This document shows positions 1 to 11,744 of a stretch of 64,000 nucleotides of DNA, piece by piece (positions within the stretch are counted from its first letter, which is position 1; each line of letters starts with the position of its first letter). The notes under the pieces were generated by a model. That model was not told the origin of the DNA and did no database searches. It saw only the letters and a list, made by a program, of their open reading frames with translations. This DNA is from Lama glama. Its lineage: Eukaryota. The position numbers and the translations under genes were made by a program. The DNA lies in contig CM052816.1 of the NCBI GenBank assembly GCA_028534125.1, positions 51,028,001-51,092,000 on the forward strand. Reading direction: 5' to 3'.

Positions 1-146
1 GACTCCAAGTGTTTCCAAATGAGAGTTAGAAACTGACTCTTCATCCAAAAGGAGACCTAAGTGAGAATTGTCTGATACTTCCCTGCTGGAGTCCCTTGAT
101 AAAAGATGGTCTGAGAATGCCCTCTGGTGACTTCCCATTGCATGTT

Positions 147-285
147 CAGGCAATTTAGAGGGAGGTGGCTGTGGAAAAGGAGGAAGAGAGGCTGGGCTCC
201 TGGAAATGGTCTTCCCAGGCAATTTAGAGGGAGGTGGCTGTGGAAAAGGAGGAAGAGAGGCTGGGCTCCTGGAAATGGTCTTCCC
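147..285. repeat. Perfect 69-bp tandem duplication (2 copies)
   Basis: caggcaatttagagggaggtggctgtggaaaaggaggaagagaggctgggctcctggaaatggtcttcc occurs at 147-215 and again at 216-284 without mismatch. Confidence 0.95.
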
Positions 286-894
286 TTCCAAAAAATGTGG
301 CGTGGGTGTTCTGTCAGCAAACTGTGGCAGGATCCAACCAGGAAGTTGGGTAAATACATAATACATGGTTATGCCTCTGTGGCATTTGTCTTCTGTTCTC
401 TAACAATGACTATGATTCTTTTTAATTGCACAATTATTTCAATACTTGCTGAACTCATATTGTATTAATATAAGGCACAGAAACAATAACAAATTGGTAG
501 GCATAAAATTTTCTAACACAATTTTAATTTAGGCATGTCCTTCTCCAGTTTACTGTATAAGATGATCACCATTTCCCAAGAAAATGAACAAAGCATACCC
601 CTAGGTTTTTGGAAGGGAGCCCATCTTCTCAAGGCCACTGCCACTTCATTTTTGAAGACATATATTTGAGAAAAAGATTGATGCTTGTGCTCTAGGATGC
701 ACCCCTGAAGAAGCTGAAAGGAGCATTGAGTAGACACAATGGGAAGACGATTCAAATGCAATTAAAAGCCTTCTAGGACTATGACCTAGATATGTTTGTC
801 TCTTTTAAAACTTACATGGATCCAAATATAAAATGTTAGGTTCGGAAAGGAGAGCATCTATTCCAACATTCCCTCACTGGTCATTAGGACCAGT

Positions 895-1140
895 AACAGT
901 AATAACTGTCAGTTGTTGAGGATTTGCTAGGTGCCAGGCAATGTGCTAAGCACTTCATATGGATTAATTTAAGTCCTCAAACCTACCATAGGAGAAAGAA
1001 ACTGTTATTATACAGGTAAGAAATCTGAGGCAGGGAGATATTAAATAAATTGCCCAAGGTCACACAGACACTAGTGAAACCAGAACTCAAACTCAACCAG
1101 TTCATCAAGCTCCGAGCCCATTCTTTTAGACACCCTGTCA
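895..1140 (-). mobile_element. MIR SINE
   Basis: Reverse complement of the MIR core and tail (gtgccaggca..tgctaagcac...tgaggcagggaga..ttaaataa.ttgcccaaggtcacacag). Confidence 0.85.
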
Positions 1141-1164
1141 TTTGGCCTCCACAACTTTCCTAAA

Positions 1165-2150
1165 CAGCTGTCCTGTCCCCTCTCCTTGAATTTATTCAAT
1201 AATAAGCAAATCATTCTAGTATCTAACAGTTTTTACTGCTTTAAAGATCTCCTGTTGCCCCCATGTTTTGTACCCTCTGATCCTACTCTGTCTTTTGGAA
1301 CTATACAGAAGGCTAAATCTTGTTCCACTTGACATGGCTTTAAATATTTGAAACCTAGCATCAGGTCACCAGCTCCACCTCCCAGCCTTCTTCTCTCCAA
1401 CCTAACCAGCCTCAAGTCCTCCAACTCTTTCTTGTATAAGTAGTTTTTCAGGTTTTTCACTATTCGAGTTCACTCCAGCTTGTTATCACCTCTCCCCACA
1501 AAATAAAAATATAATGTCTAGCGCTGAAGAACACTCTAATTGGTGTCTGACTACAGCAGAGCATAGTGGGACTATTAATTCTTTGCTATCAAACCCATAT
1601 TTCTAATTAAAAGGCAGCTGAAAATGACCTTGATTCTCACAGCAGCTAAATCCATTAATATTCAGACAGAGCTCACAGTCAGCAAGAATCCTCAGCCTTT
1701 CTCATTCAGAAAGTGAGATCTCTGCCAGCCCACAAGTGCACACTACACGTTAATCCAAAATGAAGAATTTATTTATTTCAAACTTCATATTCTTTTTTAT
1801 TCTCATGGTCTTCATGTTTCCTCTCTATTGAGATCATCCAAATCTCAGGTCAAGATGTTCAAAAGGTGGGGTCCACAAATAGAGCCCTGCAGCCTCCCTC
1901 CAAATGCCCTTTGCATATCACCATCAACTGGCCATGAAGCTTCCTAGTTTAACTATCCCCCTCGCTCATATATCTTCATCTTTCCCACAAGGACATCACA
2001 GGAGACTCTATCAAAGTTTTTCCTGAAATCCAGACACATTTCGTCTGTGGCATTTTCCCCTCCCCACCAGTCTCCCCACTCTATCAGAAAAGGAAATGAG
2101 GTTGGTTGGGCATATCTTATTTTTAAGCAAACCCACATTTCGTGAATCCA
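1165..2150 (-). mobile_element. CR1/L3 LINE fossil (ORF2 RT and C-terminal region, degraded)
   Basis: Minus-strand translations resemble CR1 ORF2, in collinear order: GLLKNKICPTNLISFSDRV, DEMCLDFRKNFDRVSCDVLV, ELIVPLCSAVVRHQLEC, LEDLRLVRLERRRL...DLMLGFKYLK. Frameshifted and with stops. Confidence 0.85.
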
Positions 2151-2679
2151 TATTTATATATACCAACAGGCTCAATGGGATTTTTTTCCAGAAAATGTAA
2201 AATTCTTCCAAGAAACCTAATTTTGAACAGATATGAACAAAGAATCACATTTTAGCTACATTTTTTTCACTTTTAAAAGCACTTGATAAAAATGTATTTT
2301 CAGGACCATCAATGCCAACCTGGAGCGCAGTATTGATGAGAGTGCAAATACCACTTAACCCCTACACTTTCAAACTACAATTAAACTTTGAAACTACATT
2401 AATTGGGATTAGAATGTTTTCTGAATCACACTATTACCAGGGAAATAAATCTCACCAAAACAATTTGATACCTGGGTTGAGTTCTGTAGTCAGTACACAT
2501 TAAGTTCCACTTTTTAGAACTTTTAGATCTGTCATTCTGAACAATGAGAGTTGAACTGGCACTGAAAGATTTCTGTATCATAGACACAGATTCCACTGTG
2601 TAAGCATTCCATACATACTAAAATTTAAAAACAGAATGAAAAAACATTTTAAGATATTATTTATCAAAAGTAATATAGC

Positions 2680-2850
2680 ATTTAAAATATGTCAGGCATG
2701 ACTTGAGAGTTTTATAAATATTAACTCATTTAATCTTCATAACAACTATTTGTGATAGTTGCTTTTATTTCTTTATTTTAACAGAAGGGAAAATGAAGGC
2801 ACAGAGAGGTTAAGTGACTTGGCCAAGGACACACAGAGGAAACGTCATGG
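2680..2850 (-). mobile_element. MIR SINE
   Basis: aactcatttaatcttcataacaac...gaaaatgaaggcacagagaggttaagtgacttggccaaggacacacag is the reverse MIR core. Confidence 0.85.
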
Positions 2851-5436
2851 AGCCTCACAGTTAAAAATTTAAAGTCTTATGCTTAAAACTCAAATGAAAT
2901 AATTTATAAGACATTCCATTACCTCTCTGGGCATTCCCAAAAGTGTCCTAAATACTTCTATATTTCCCCTCACATCAATTGGCAATGTTATAGTGATCTT
3001 CATAAAAGAATAGGATAAAAAGCTAGAGAATAAGAAAACTTCAGCAATATTCAGGGCCATGAATGGATAGGGTTTTAGTTTAAAATTCTTGAATCAGTTA
3101 GTTTCAGTTCACTGACTTCATTTCAACCCCTGATCCTTATGGCAGCCCCAATGTCTACTACACTGCCTGGTCTTTAGTTGGTACTGAATAAATCTTTATT
3201 GAATTCAATTAAATTGATTTGTTTTGCCACATATAAAAGTAGCAACAACAGCCCAACAATCATCTCAAAATACTTTCCAAGTCCTATTAGCTTACCCTCT
3301 CTCTTACAAAAGGTTTAGACTCATTATTTCTATAAGCAAGATTTTGGATAACTTGGCCCCACAAATTAGAGTATGCTCTAAAAAATTATAAGAGTTATCA
3401 GACATAAACTCCAATAGAATACCCTAGTATGGTTACATTTCCTACAAATTTGAAGTAGTGTGATATTTAAAAATTAATAAAATCTCTACATGTACAAATT
3501 CTGAAGTAACTTAAATCTCCCAAATTTAAGTTCTTTTCAAGGATTGCATAATTTCAAAGCTGGCAGGCCAAATGAATTGTAAAACTGAGTTGAGGTTATT
3601 ACCTAAATTACTCAAGTTTTGCATTACACAAAGTCTTAAGGGCCACATCCTCTTCATAAAATGCCACCAGCCTCTACATATCACCATGGGACAACATAAA
3701 TGAAATACAACTTTACAGCTTGATGGCAAAAGCTTTAGAGGCCAAACAGACTCAGAAGCCTTAAGCCAAAAAACTGTCCTCCACTTCTCCAAAATCTACG
3801 GCACCACAGAGAACAGTGCCTGGACGCATGATGCAAAGATGAAAATTAAACTAAAGAGACACGTGACTGATTTGCACCCACATGTCCAAAAGCTGGTGGT
3901 GGTGGCCCTCAGACAGCAGGCTCCTGGGAGCTCTAAGAATCAGTTATCCACCAAGCTTTCTAGCCCTTATAGAGTCATAAGCTCTCAGATTTTAACTAGA
4001 TGAGAAACCACAGACCTCTTAGAAGCCACATCATTTGAGGGTGAGAAATTTGACAGATAAACAAGTTACTAAATGACAAAGTGAGCTTTGCCTATTGTGC
4101 ATTGGAGCAATGGCTGGAAATGTTCCTGACCAGTTCCACACAGCCAGGCAAACACTCCCATTCAGAGTGTGAGGGAGGGGGTGGGGAGAATAACAATGGA
4201 GGTTTCCCCTCCTCCATTAGATGTTCACTGAAATTGTCCTTGGTCTCTATTCCACGGAGTCATTAGAAAGCAAGAACAGAACAAAAATCTAAGAAAAGAC
4301 AGGAATCAGGGCAAAGATTGTGATGACAATGAAACGAAGGGGATAGACGTCTTTTACGAGCACATATGAATCTGCACTAACGTGTTGCTTCTTTTCTTGG
4401 GTTTCATACTTCCATGGCCTTCCTAATTAGGGAAAAACTAAAGCCAGTCACTTTTGGTGCCTGTATCAACCTTGTAAGACACACTAAATTCTTCCTGTAA
4501 TGCATTACTGTCAGCCTCCCTCACTCATCTGGAGTGATTTTTCCAATTAACCACAACAGGCATTTCACTCAAGCCCCCTATTCTAACTCAGAGGCTGGGT
4601 CCTGAAGAATGGGACTTCAGGCGGCTACTGACACTTCTTTTGTCATACAAGCTGCTCTAGACAAACAATATTGACTACGAATTTGTCAGGACTTTCTATG
4701 GCCATCAGTCATTCCTGCCCTTTTACCTTCCTGGACACCCCTGAATTTCCTCTCACTCCCATCCTTAAAAAAATAAATAAATAAAGCAAAAAATTAAAAT
4801 CCCTCAAAGTTTGAGTCTGTACATGTCCTGGAATATCTAGAATTTGAGGGTTCATTTGCTATAACTAATGTATCCCTTACTTGGGAAATTAAAAGCTATA
4901 AAATGATACACTGCCTCAGAGAAATGAATGCCATAGTTTCAAGTCAGAATGCTTTGGAGTTGGTTTTTTTTCACTCGTATTTATTTATACAAGATCTCAG
5001 AAAATACAATGCAGGCAAAGATTTAATCCACAGGTCCCAAAACCCAACACCTTCAGTGACCAAAATTATAAATTATAAATTATAAAAATTCTAGGTATAA
5101 GAAAATTGGGACCAATGAAAACTGGGGTATATAGCCTCACTCAGTTTTTCAAACACTGTGCTAACCAAACAAAGCACATCTGAGGGTCAAATTCACAGCA
5201 CGTGCTATACTGCCTGGTTTAGTACACCCACACACACCCACACACATAGAGTACCATAACTCCTTTCTCTTCTATGGGCACATGTGTATTTTTTTTTTAG
5301 ATGAAGTCAGATAGAAGGAGAAAAAGCAGGAAAAAGAATACGGACTCTTAGTTTATAGACAGTTCATACAGACAGGATTCGGACGTCTTGGCTTCTGCTA
5401 AAAGGAAAAGAGCTCCTGCGCCCATATTCCTTGCTA

Positions 5437-5502
5437 ATCAAGATTCCTACAGTAGACAACATTTTTCTTATCAAGATTCCTACAGTAGACAACATTTTTC
5501 TT
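5437..5502. repeat. Perfect 33-bp tandem duplication
   Basis: atcaagattcctacagtagacaacatttttctt at 5437-5469 and 5470-5502. Confidence 0.95.
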
Positions 5503-6519
5503 TCCACCCCCATCTCCACTCTGTGAACTCTGAAGCAAAGCCAACATCCAGAACAGGAACTCTCCCTAGTTAATCCTCAAGTAACAAGAGGTGTAGTTAC
5601 TCCTGCTCAACAAAGGCTATGACCACTTCTGAGAGCTTCTCTGCAGAGCTTGAATTAGGACGAGGGCCCCCACTCTGGCAATAGACAGGCTGGTCTGGAT
5701 CTTCTAACAAAATGACTGATATCAGCACCAGAACTTCCAAAGTTACAGTTTCTTCCCTTTGACTCTTGAATGAGAAGGAATTTGTTTTTGTAATTAAAGT
5801 TTAAAATTTTCTTCTCTCTCCAAGGTTTTCTCAACCAACATGCTTGTGATCTGTTGGCTTGGATGACAGCGATGAACAGGAATAGGACACAGCATACCTT
5901 TCCTTACTGCTCTCCTCCTGCACCTCTGCCACTAGAAGGCACAAACTGTTCTCATATGATGAAATATCGGCTGCTTTTCAGCACGGTTGGAAGGTACATA
6001 CACAATTACAACCCTGTTTGCAGGTTTGGTTCATAATAAAACTAAAGTCTAAATGATTAAATATAAAGCAGAAATTTCAAAGCACATCTAGTTAACATAG
6101 AAGCTAATTTCATCTTTTTTTCTTTTTCCTGATTTATGAAAACTGGTCACAAACTGATGCAGATTCAAACCAGGACGGAGAGGTGGGAAACAGATCTCAA
6201 CATCTGGCCCTTTTGGAGCTGATGCCTGAACCACAAGGAGAAAGGATCTCGCCTGAAGTCAGTGGTAGAATCATCACATCAGACAATGCAACCAATTAGT
6301 TTAGTAGGGAAGGAGTTACGCAACCTACTAAAAAACCACAGGCCTGATCTACATTTTTTTAACTTATGACCATGTCTAGAAATGTTGCTTAACTCTTCTG
6401 TGCCCTGTTGTTTTAACTCTCAGAGCTCCATGAGACTTAATCTCTCTCCCTCCTCTACTTTAGATATGAGTGAGGGTACCCAAGCCTGCACAGCTATCAG
6501 AGTATCTTGAAAAAGCCCT

Positions 6520-6790
6520 TTTTCTTTTTGAAATTGAAGTATAATCAGTTTACAATGTTGTGTTAATTTCTGGTGTACAGCATAGTGATTCAGATATATA
6601 TATATATGTACACACACACACACACACACACACACACTCCTTTTTATATTCTTTTTCATTATAGGCTATTGCAAAATACTGAATGTAGTTCCCTGTGCTA
6701 TCTATAGTAGGTCCTTACTGTTTATCTATTTTATATATAGTAGTTGGTATCTGTAAATTCCTAATTCCCAATGTATCCCTCCACCTCCCA
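6520..6790 (-). mobile_element. 5'-truncated L1 3' UTR (cetartiodactyl-type) containing a (TA)n(CA)n microsatellite
   Basis: A T-rich tail is followed by ttgaagtata...tttacaatgttgtgttaatttctggtgtacagcatagtgattcag...gttccctgtgctat. A probable TSD aaagcc(c)ttttt flanks it at ~6512 and ~6792. Confidence 0.8.
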
Positions 6791-6871
6791 GAAAGCCTTT
6801 TTTAAAAAATGAAGATTCCCTGCCCTTACCCCAACCCCTTGACCTACTAAACCAGAAATCTATAGCCTAGC

Positions 6872-6963
6872 AGGGAGGGTAATAGCTCAGTAGTAGAACA
6901 TATGTTTAGTATGCACGAGGTCCTGGGTTCAGTCCCGAGTATTTCTATTTAAAAAGAGAAAAA
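6872..6963 (+). mobile_element. tRNA-Ala-derived SINE (camelid vic-1-like)
   Basis: agggagggtaatagctcagtagtagaa (A box) ... gaggtcctgggttcagtccc (B box), then an A-rich tail. 15-bp TSD: agaaatctatagcct (6854-6868) and agaaatctgcagcct (6964-6978). Confidence 0.85.
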
Positions 6964-7319
6964 AGAAATCTGCAGCCTGAGGCAGTTTTACTCAGACATC
7001 CAGATGAATCCAATGATCAACCAGATTTGGGAAATCACTGGGCCGGAGCGAAAAGGGCAAACATATGCACATCAGTCACTTCTCCTACTCCTCTGTCCAC
7101 GGCAGGCATTAATAGTCAGTACCAGCACTCTTTTCCACTGAGCCCAGCCAAAGCCTCAGAACCCTTCTCCACGGGGAGCTCCAGGCAGCCACCACCAGTC
7201 AGTGAGAGCTGGGTCACAAACTGAAACCTGTCTACCATCCCTGGGTGAGAATCAACTAGCCCAATAGCATTTTGTGCTCAGTTGCATCTTTACCCCAACA
7301 TCTAGAATAGCTCATTGTA

Positions 7320-8160
7320 CAGTAGTCCCCCGTTATCTGTGATTTTGCTTTCCAGTTTTAGTTACCTGTGGTCAACCACAGCCCAAAAATATTAATTGGA
7401 AAATTCCAGAAATAAACAATTCATAGATTTTAAATTGTGCACCATTCTGAGTAGTGTGATGAAATCTGGCCACATTCTGCTACAACCTGCCTGGGCTGTC
7501 ATGAATCATCCCTTTGTCCAGCACACCCCTCCCAATGGCCACTTAACAGCCATCTGGGTTATCATAGCCACTGTCATGGTATCACACAGTGCTTGCGTTA
7601 CCATGGAAGCAATTATTTTACTTACTTTACTTAACCCTTATTTAATGATGGCCCCAAAGCATAAGAGTAGTGATGCTGGCAATTCAGATCTCCCCAAGAG
7701 AAGCCATAAAGTGCTTCCTTTAAGTGAAAAGGTGAAAGTTCTTGACTTACTAAGAAAATAAAAAAATCATATGTTGAGGTTGCTAAGACCTACAAAAAGA
7801 ACAAAGTTTCAATCTGTGAAATTGTGAAGGAAAAAAAAAATCCTTGCTAGTTTTGCTGTCATGCCTCAAAAAGAAAAAGCTACAGCCACAGTGCAGTGCA
7901 TGATATGTACTTAGTTAAGATGAAAAAGGCATTAAATTTGTAAGACAGTTTGAGAGAGAGTGACCACATTCACATAATGTACTACAGCATTGTTATAATT
8001 GTTCTATTTTATTATTGTTTTTGTTCATCTCTTACTGTGCCTAATTTGTAAATTAAACCTTATCATAGGTATCCATGTATAAGAAAAAATAGTATACATG
8101 GGGTTCAGCATCCACCAGGGGTGTTGGAACATACCCCCCACAGGTAATGGGGGACTACTG
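7320..8160 (+). mobile_element. MER44/Tigger7-family TcMar-Tigger DNA transposon deletion derivative
   Basis: TIRs cagtagtccccc...gggggactactg with TA on both sides. The internal MAPKHKSSDAGNSDLPKRSHKVLPLSEKVKVLDLLRK resembles the N-terminus of a pogo/Tigger transposase. Confidence 0.9.
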
Positions 8161-9169
8161 TATAATCCTTTTAGACTTACAATACCTTTTCAAATTACCT
8201 GAGCTCCTTTGAGCCTTTCAAAAATCTTGTGAGGTGAGAATGGCACGTACACTACAGATTTGACAGGTGAGGAAACTGGAAGTCACTGCAGCTTTGTCTC
8301 ATCCAGGGTCAGAAAGCTGAGGACAGATCTCCTGCCTCCCAGACCAGCATTCATCCTTCTAGACCGAGATGGGCATGGAGTGTTAGGGCAACACTACCAC
8401 CGGAGCCTAGCAAGAAACAGGGACAAGAGGGCAAACAGTGCAGAAAAGGACACCTAGGCTCAAGAGGTTTAGTAAGTTGACCAAGGTCTCAAACTGCAGA
8501 GCCGGAACTCTAAGCAGGTCTGTCTGACCCTAGATCACAGGGCCTCCCAAACAAGCACAGACTAGGAAAGGGCTTTTCCTCTCCTCTCGCCCATCTGCCC
8601 TCATTTCTGCTGCTCCCCCCAACCTAGTTCCCTTCCTCCCACTAGTAACATCCTCCCAGCCACGCACACCTCTCCACAGCCCCCTTTTGCCCCTGCAACT
8701 CCCGTCCAAAAGCTGAAGGAAACCGCCCAGCTTACTCAGAGCAAGCCCAGCCAACTGACTTAAGATAAGACAAGCACCTTGGCAGTGAGATGTGAATATA
8801 AAATTGCAAACAGCTTTTGAAGTTGCAGATCCATAATCTTCTAAGCCAAAGAAGAGGGGTTTGCGTCTTCTCCCCCTCATCTAAATCAACACTCAAAGGT
8901 CTGAAATGAGTCCAGCCAGCCTTCGGATGTGATCTCACAAGGCTGCCTGCCACACACATGCATTTTCAGCCTGTCGCCTGAGCACAACCCCCACATGGCT
9001 TGTCACCACTTGATACAGGGGACGTGTTTCTGCTGAAATCAAAGTGAAGGGATGTGCTTTGCTGCCCCTTCATGTGCTCAAATATGTCCTGACTGATGTG
9101 GTTAGGCCCTTATCTCTTTAAGAAACTAAACTTTCAAGTTTAGGAGAAGGATGCAGAGGTTTCAGAACA

Positions 9170-9380
9170 CAGAGGCCGATCAGAATTCCACCTACCACTT
9201 TTCAGTGTGTAACCTCGGTCAAGTTACTTAGTATCTCTCATCTCAGCTTTTCCATTTGCAAAATGAAAATCTAACAATAGCATTATTGTTATAAAGTTGT
9301 TATAAGTATGAAAATTGTTGATCCATGTAAAGAACTTAATCCAGTGGCAAGTATAGAGTAAGCACTAAGTATTAATCATA
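9170..9380 (+). mobile_element. MIR SINE
   Basis: gtgtaacctcggtcaagttactta...tctcagcttttccatttgcaaaatgaaaat...atgtaaagaactta...gtaagcac. Confidence 0.75.
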
Positions 9381-11710
9381 CTGTTCATTTTAAAACAGAA
9401 ACAGAAGATTGGGGCATATATCACATAACCTTTGGATGTTAGATGGCATCTCAACAGGTCCTCATAGTATTTTAGGGTCACAGTAAATAGGTTTAGACGG
9501 TCATGCATAAAAACGCTAATGTTTGTATTATCATTATTTTCAATGAAATGACTACAGGCATAGAAAGTAATAAGAATAAAATTTCTTTTACAATTAAGTC
9601 AGCCTAAAATAACAGTGCTTGCTAAGAATATATAAGATTCTTTAGCCTCGTTATAGAACACATTTCCAAATTTTCTACAAAGAGCATGCCTTATTTTATG
9701 GTAAGAAAAAATAAAACAAAAATACATACATGATAAAATTAAGCAAAACATGTCTTATAGTGTATAAACACAGTATCTGCAGGAAACTGCAATCAAAAAA
9801 TAAGTAAGTACACTATGATTGCATCATAGCTTCCCCTACTGGCACAATTAGACAGTTCTTTTGGAAAGTTTTAGAGACTTAAGTTTCCAAATCTAAACGG
9901 AAATGGGCCCTAGATATTACTGGCAGTACTTTCAGCCCAGAGAAAGACAAAACAAAGAATTTTTTGCAAATGGAGGCCACCACCTGAGCCAGTTCCATCT
10001 GTGTTTGCATGAAGCCTCAGCAACACAAGACTGTTGATCTGCCACCTGCACACAGACACACACACATACACCCCTTTACATGCACAACCCAAGAAGCAGA
10101 TCTCCTTTCCCCTGCTTTGTTTCATGGAGTACCAGACAGATACTGGCAGACCCCATGTCACTTTTTTCTTAGTGCATTCTGGGAATTTTAGTCCCCCCCC
10201 CCACTTTAAATAGAAAATTAGGGAACTATTTCAACAGGTAAAATATTAATTCTCATGAATTAAAAAGTGCTGGAGTCCTGTAAGTATAAAAAATAAAGTT
10301 TAAAAACTGGTATCAAAGACCCCACTTTGAAGTACTCATATAAGAAAGATCAGGCACCGGAGTGAACGTTATCTGTTCTTTGGATCTATAAGCAGAGGGA
10401 CCAGCTGGGTCATTTGGCATGGGACAAAGTCCAGGGGACCTCAAATGTTGGGTTCTGTTTGGTGGTAAATTCGGGGCCTCCTAGAGGCTGAGAGAGGCCT
10501 TAGTCAAGTCTAAATTTGGAAACTTAATGAATATATCAAAAAATGAACAAATGCTGAAACACTGTTATAAAAATTATGATATTTTTCATATGTTTACATT
10601 TAGCAAATGAACGCTCTTGACCCAAGAATAATTTTAATAACCACATATATGCCTTCTTTGAAGGCAGCTTCAGAGGTCAAATATTGAGGCCCATCAGTAA
10701 TGTGAGGCTGAGGGCTGAAGCCCAGTGGCCCCCTACCCCACCCTGTAATGTACCTGAGAAAATTCAAGCACAGGACAGGGGAAGGACAGCATTCTCTTCA
10801 ATGCTGCTCTGAACTCAGCTCCGGCACACTTAATCCTGGCGACATCAGAGGTGTGGGAAACAAAGGCCAGGATGAGAAACCTCAAACTGAGGGCTGTCCA
10901 AACCTCATGCGGCTCTTGAGCCCCTCTAGCTAAAAACTAGACACACACATGAGATCTAAAACAAGAAAACCTAACCTGGAATAACTTTCTCTGCTTGTGG
11001 GTTGTTAAGCTGCTAATGGCCTCATTCTCTTCCCCCACCCCCCACTAGACTTTGTCATTTTTACACAAAACAGATTTGTTCTAAGGCCCCAGCATCCAAA
11101 GGCATCGAAGAGGGAAACTGGTTCCTCGAAGACGGTGATGAGTAGTCTTAGCTCCAAAGCCCCTCTGGGAGAGAAAAATGCGATGATGATAGCAACCTAT
11201 GTAACTATACTTCCACAGGATGCAGAGATAATTGCACGCTCTGGGCTTTATCGGGCATCTCTGTGATGACTGTCTGACACGGAGTCCCCTGAAGCACAGA
11301 AGCAGAAAGCCAAAGAAAAGGCCTCTGGGATTTCTACATCATGTTAGTAATGAAAGGAAGACAGGTAGAATGATGCAAGGGACATCCCCCAGTGATCTCA
11401 TGACAACCTCATTCATCCCTTCCTCTGTTCAGGGATATAAAGACGTTATCTTGGCAACTGTTAACCTCAGGTCCCCGCATTCTCCATAATTTGCTCTCAC
11501 AGTGTCTGGTACAAAGTGCACGTGGTAAATGTTAACTGATCTGTATTAGTACTGTGGAAATAAGTTAGAGCTTAGATTCAGAAATCCTTTTTAATTCTTT
11601 ATGGGTGAGTTTCCTACTTAGGTCTTCATGTACACTCAGTTATTTAATAGCTTGCTCTGCATGACAGCAGAACATGCTAGTTATGCTTACTTACTGCTCA
11701 GCTCTCCCCG

Positions 11711-11744
11711 GTACACACACACGTGCGCGCGCACACACATACAT
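11711..11744. repeat. Alternating purine-pyrimidine tract (CA)n-CGTG-(CG)n-(CA)n
   Basis: gtacacacacacgtgcgcgcgcacacacatacat, 34 bp of strict RY alternation. Confidence 0.85.

Noticed and set aside
57..468. Overlapping ORFs 57..359 and 127..468 with repeated peptides
   Set aside because: The repeats are produced by the 69-bp tandem duplication; no coding signature.
6872..6950. tRNA gene
   Set aside because: The cloverleaf is degenerate and the element has an A-rich tail and TSDs, so it is a SINE.
9890..10740. Possible ancient DNA-transposon fragments (also ~61015-61310)
   Set aside because: The texture suggests hAT-type fossils, but I could not identify TIRs or a family confidently, so they are not listed as features.
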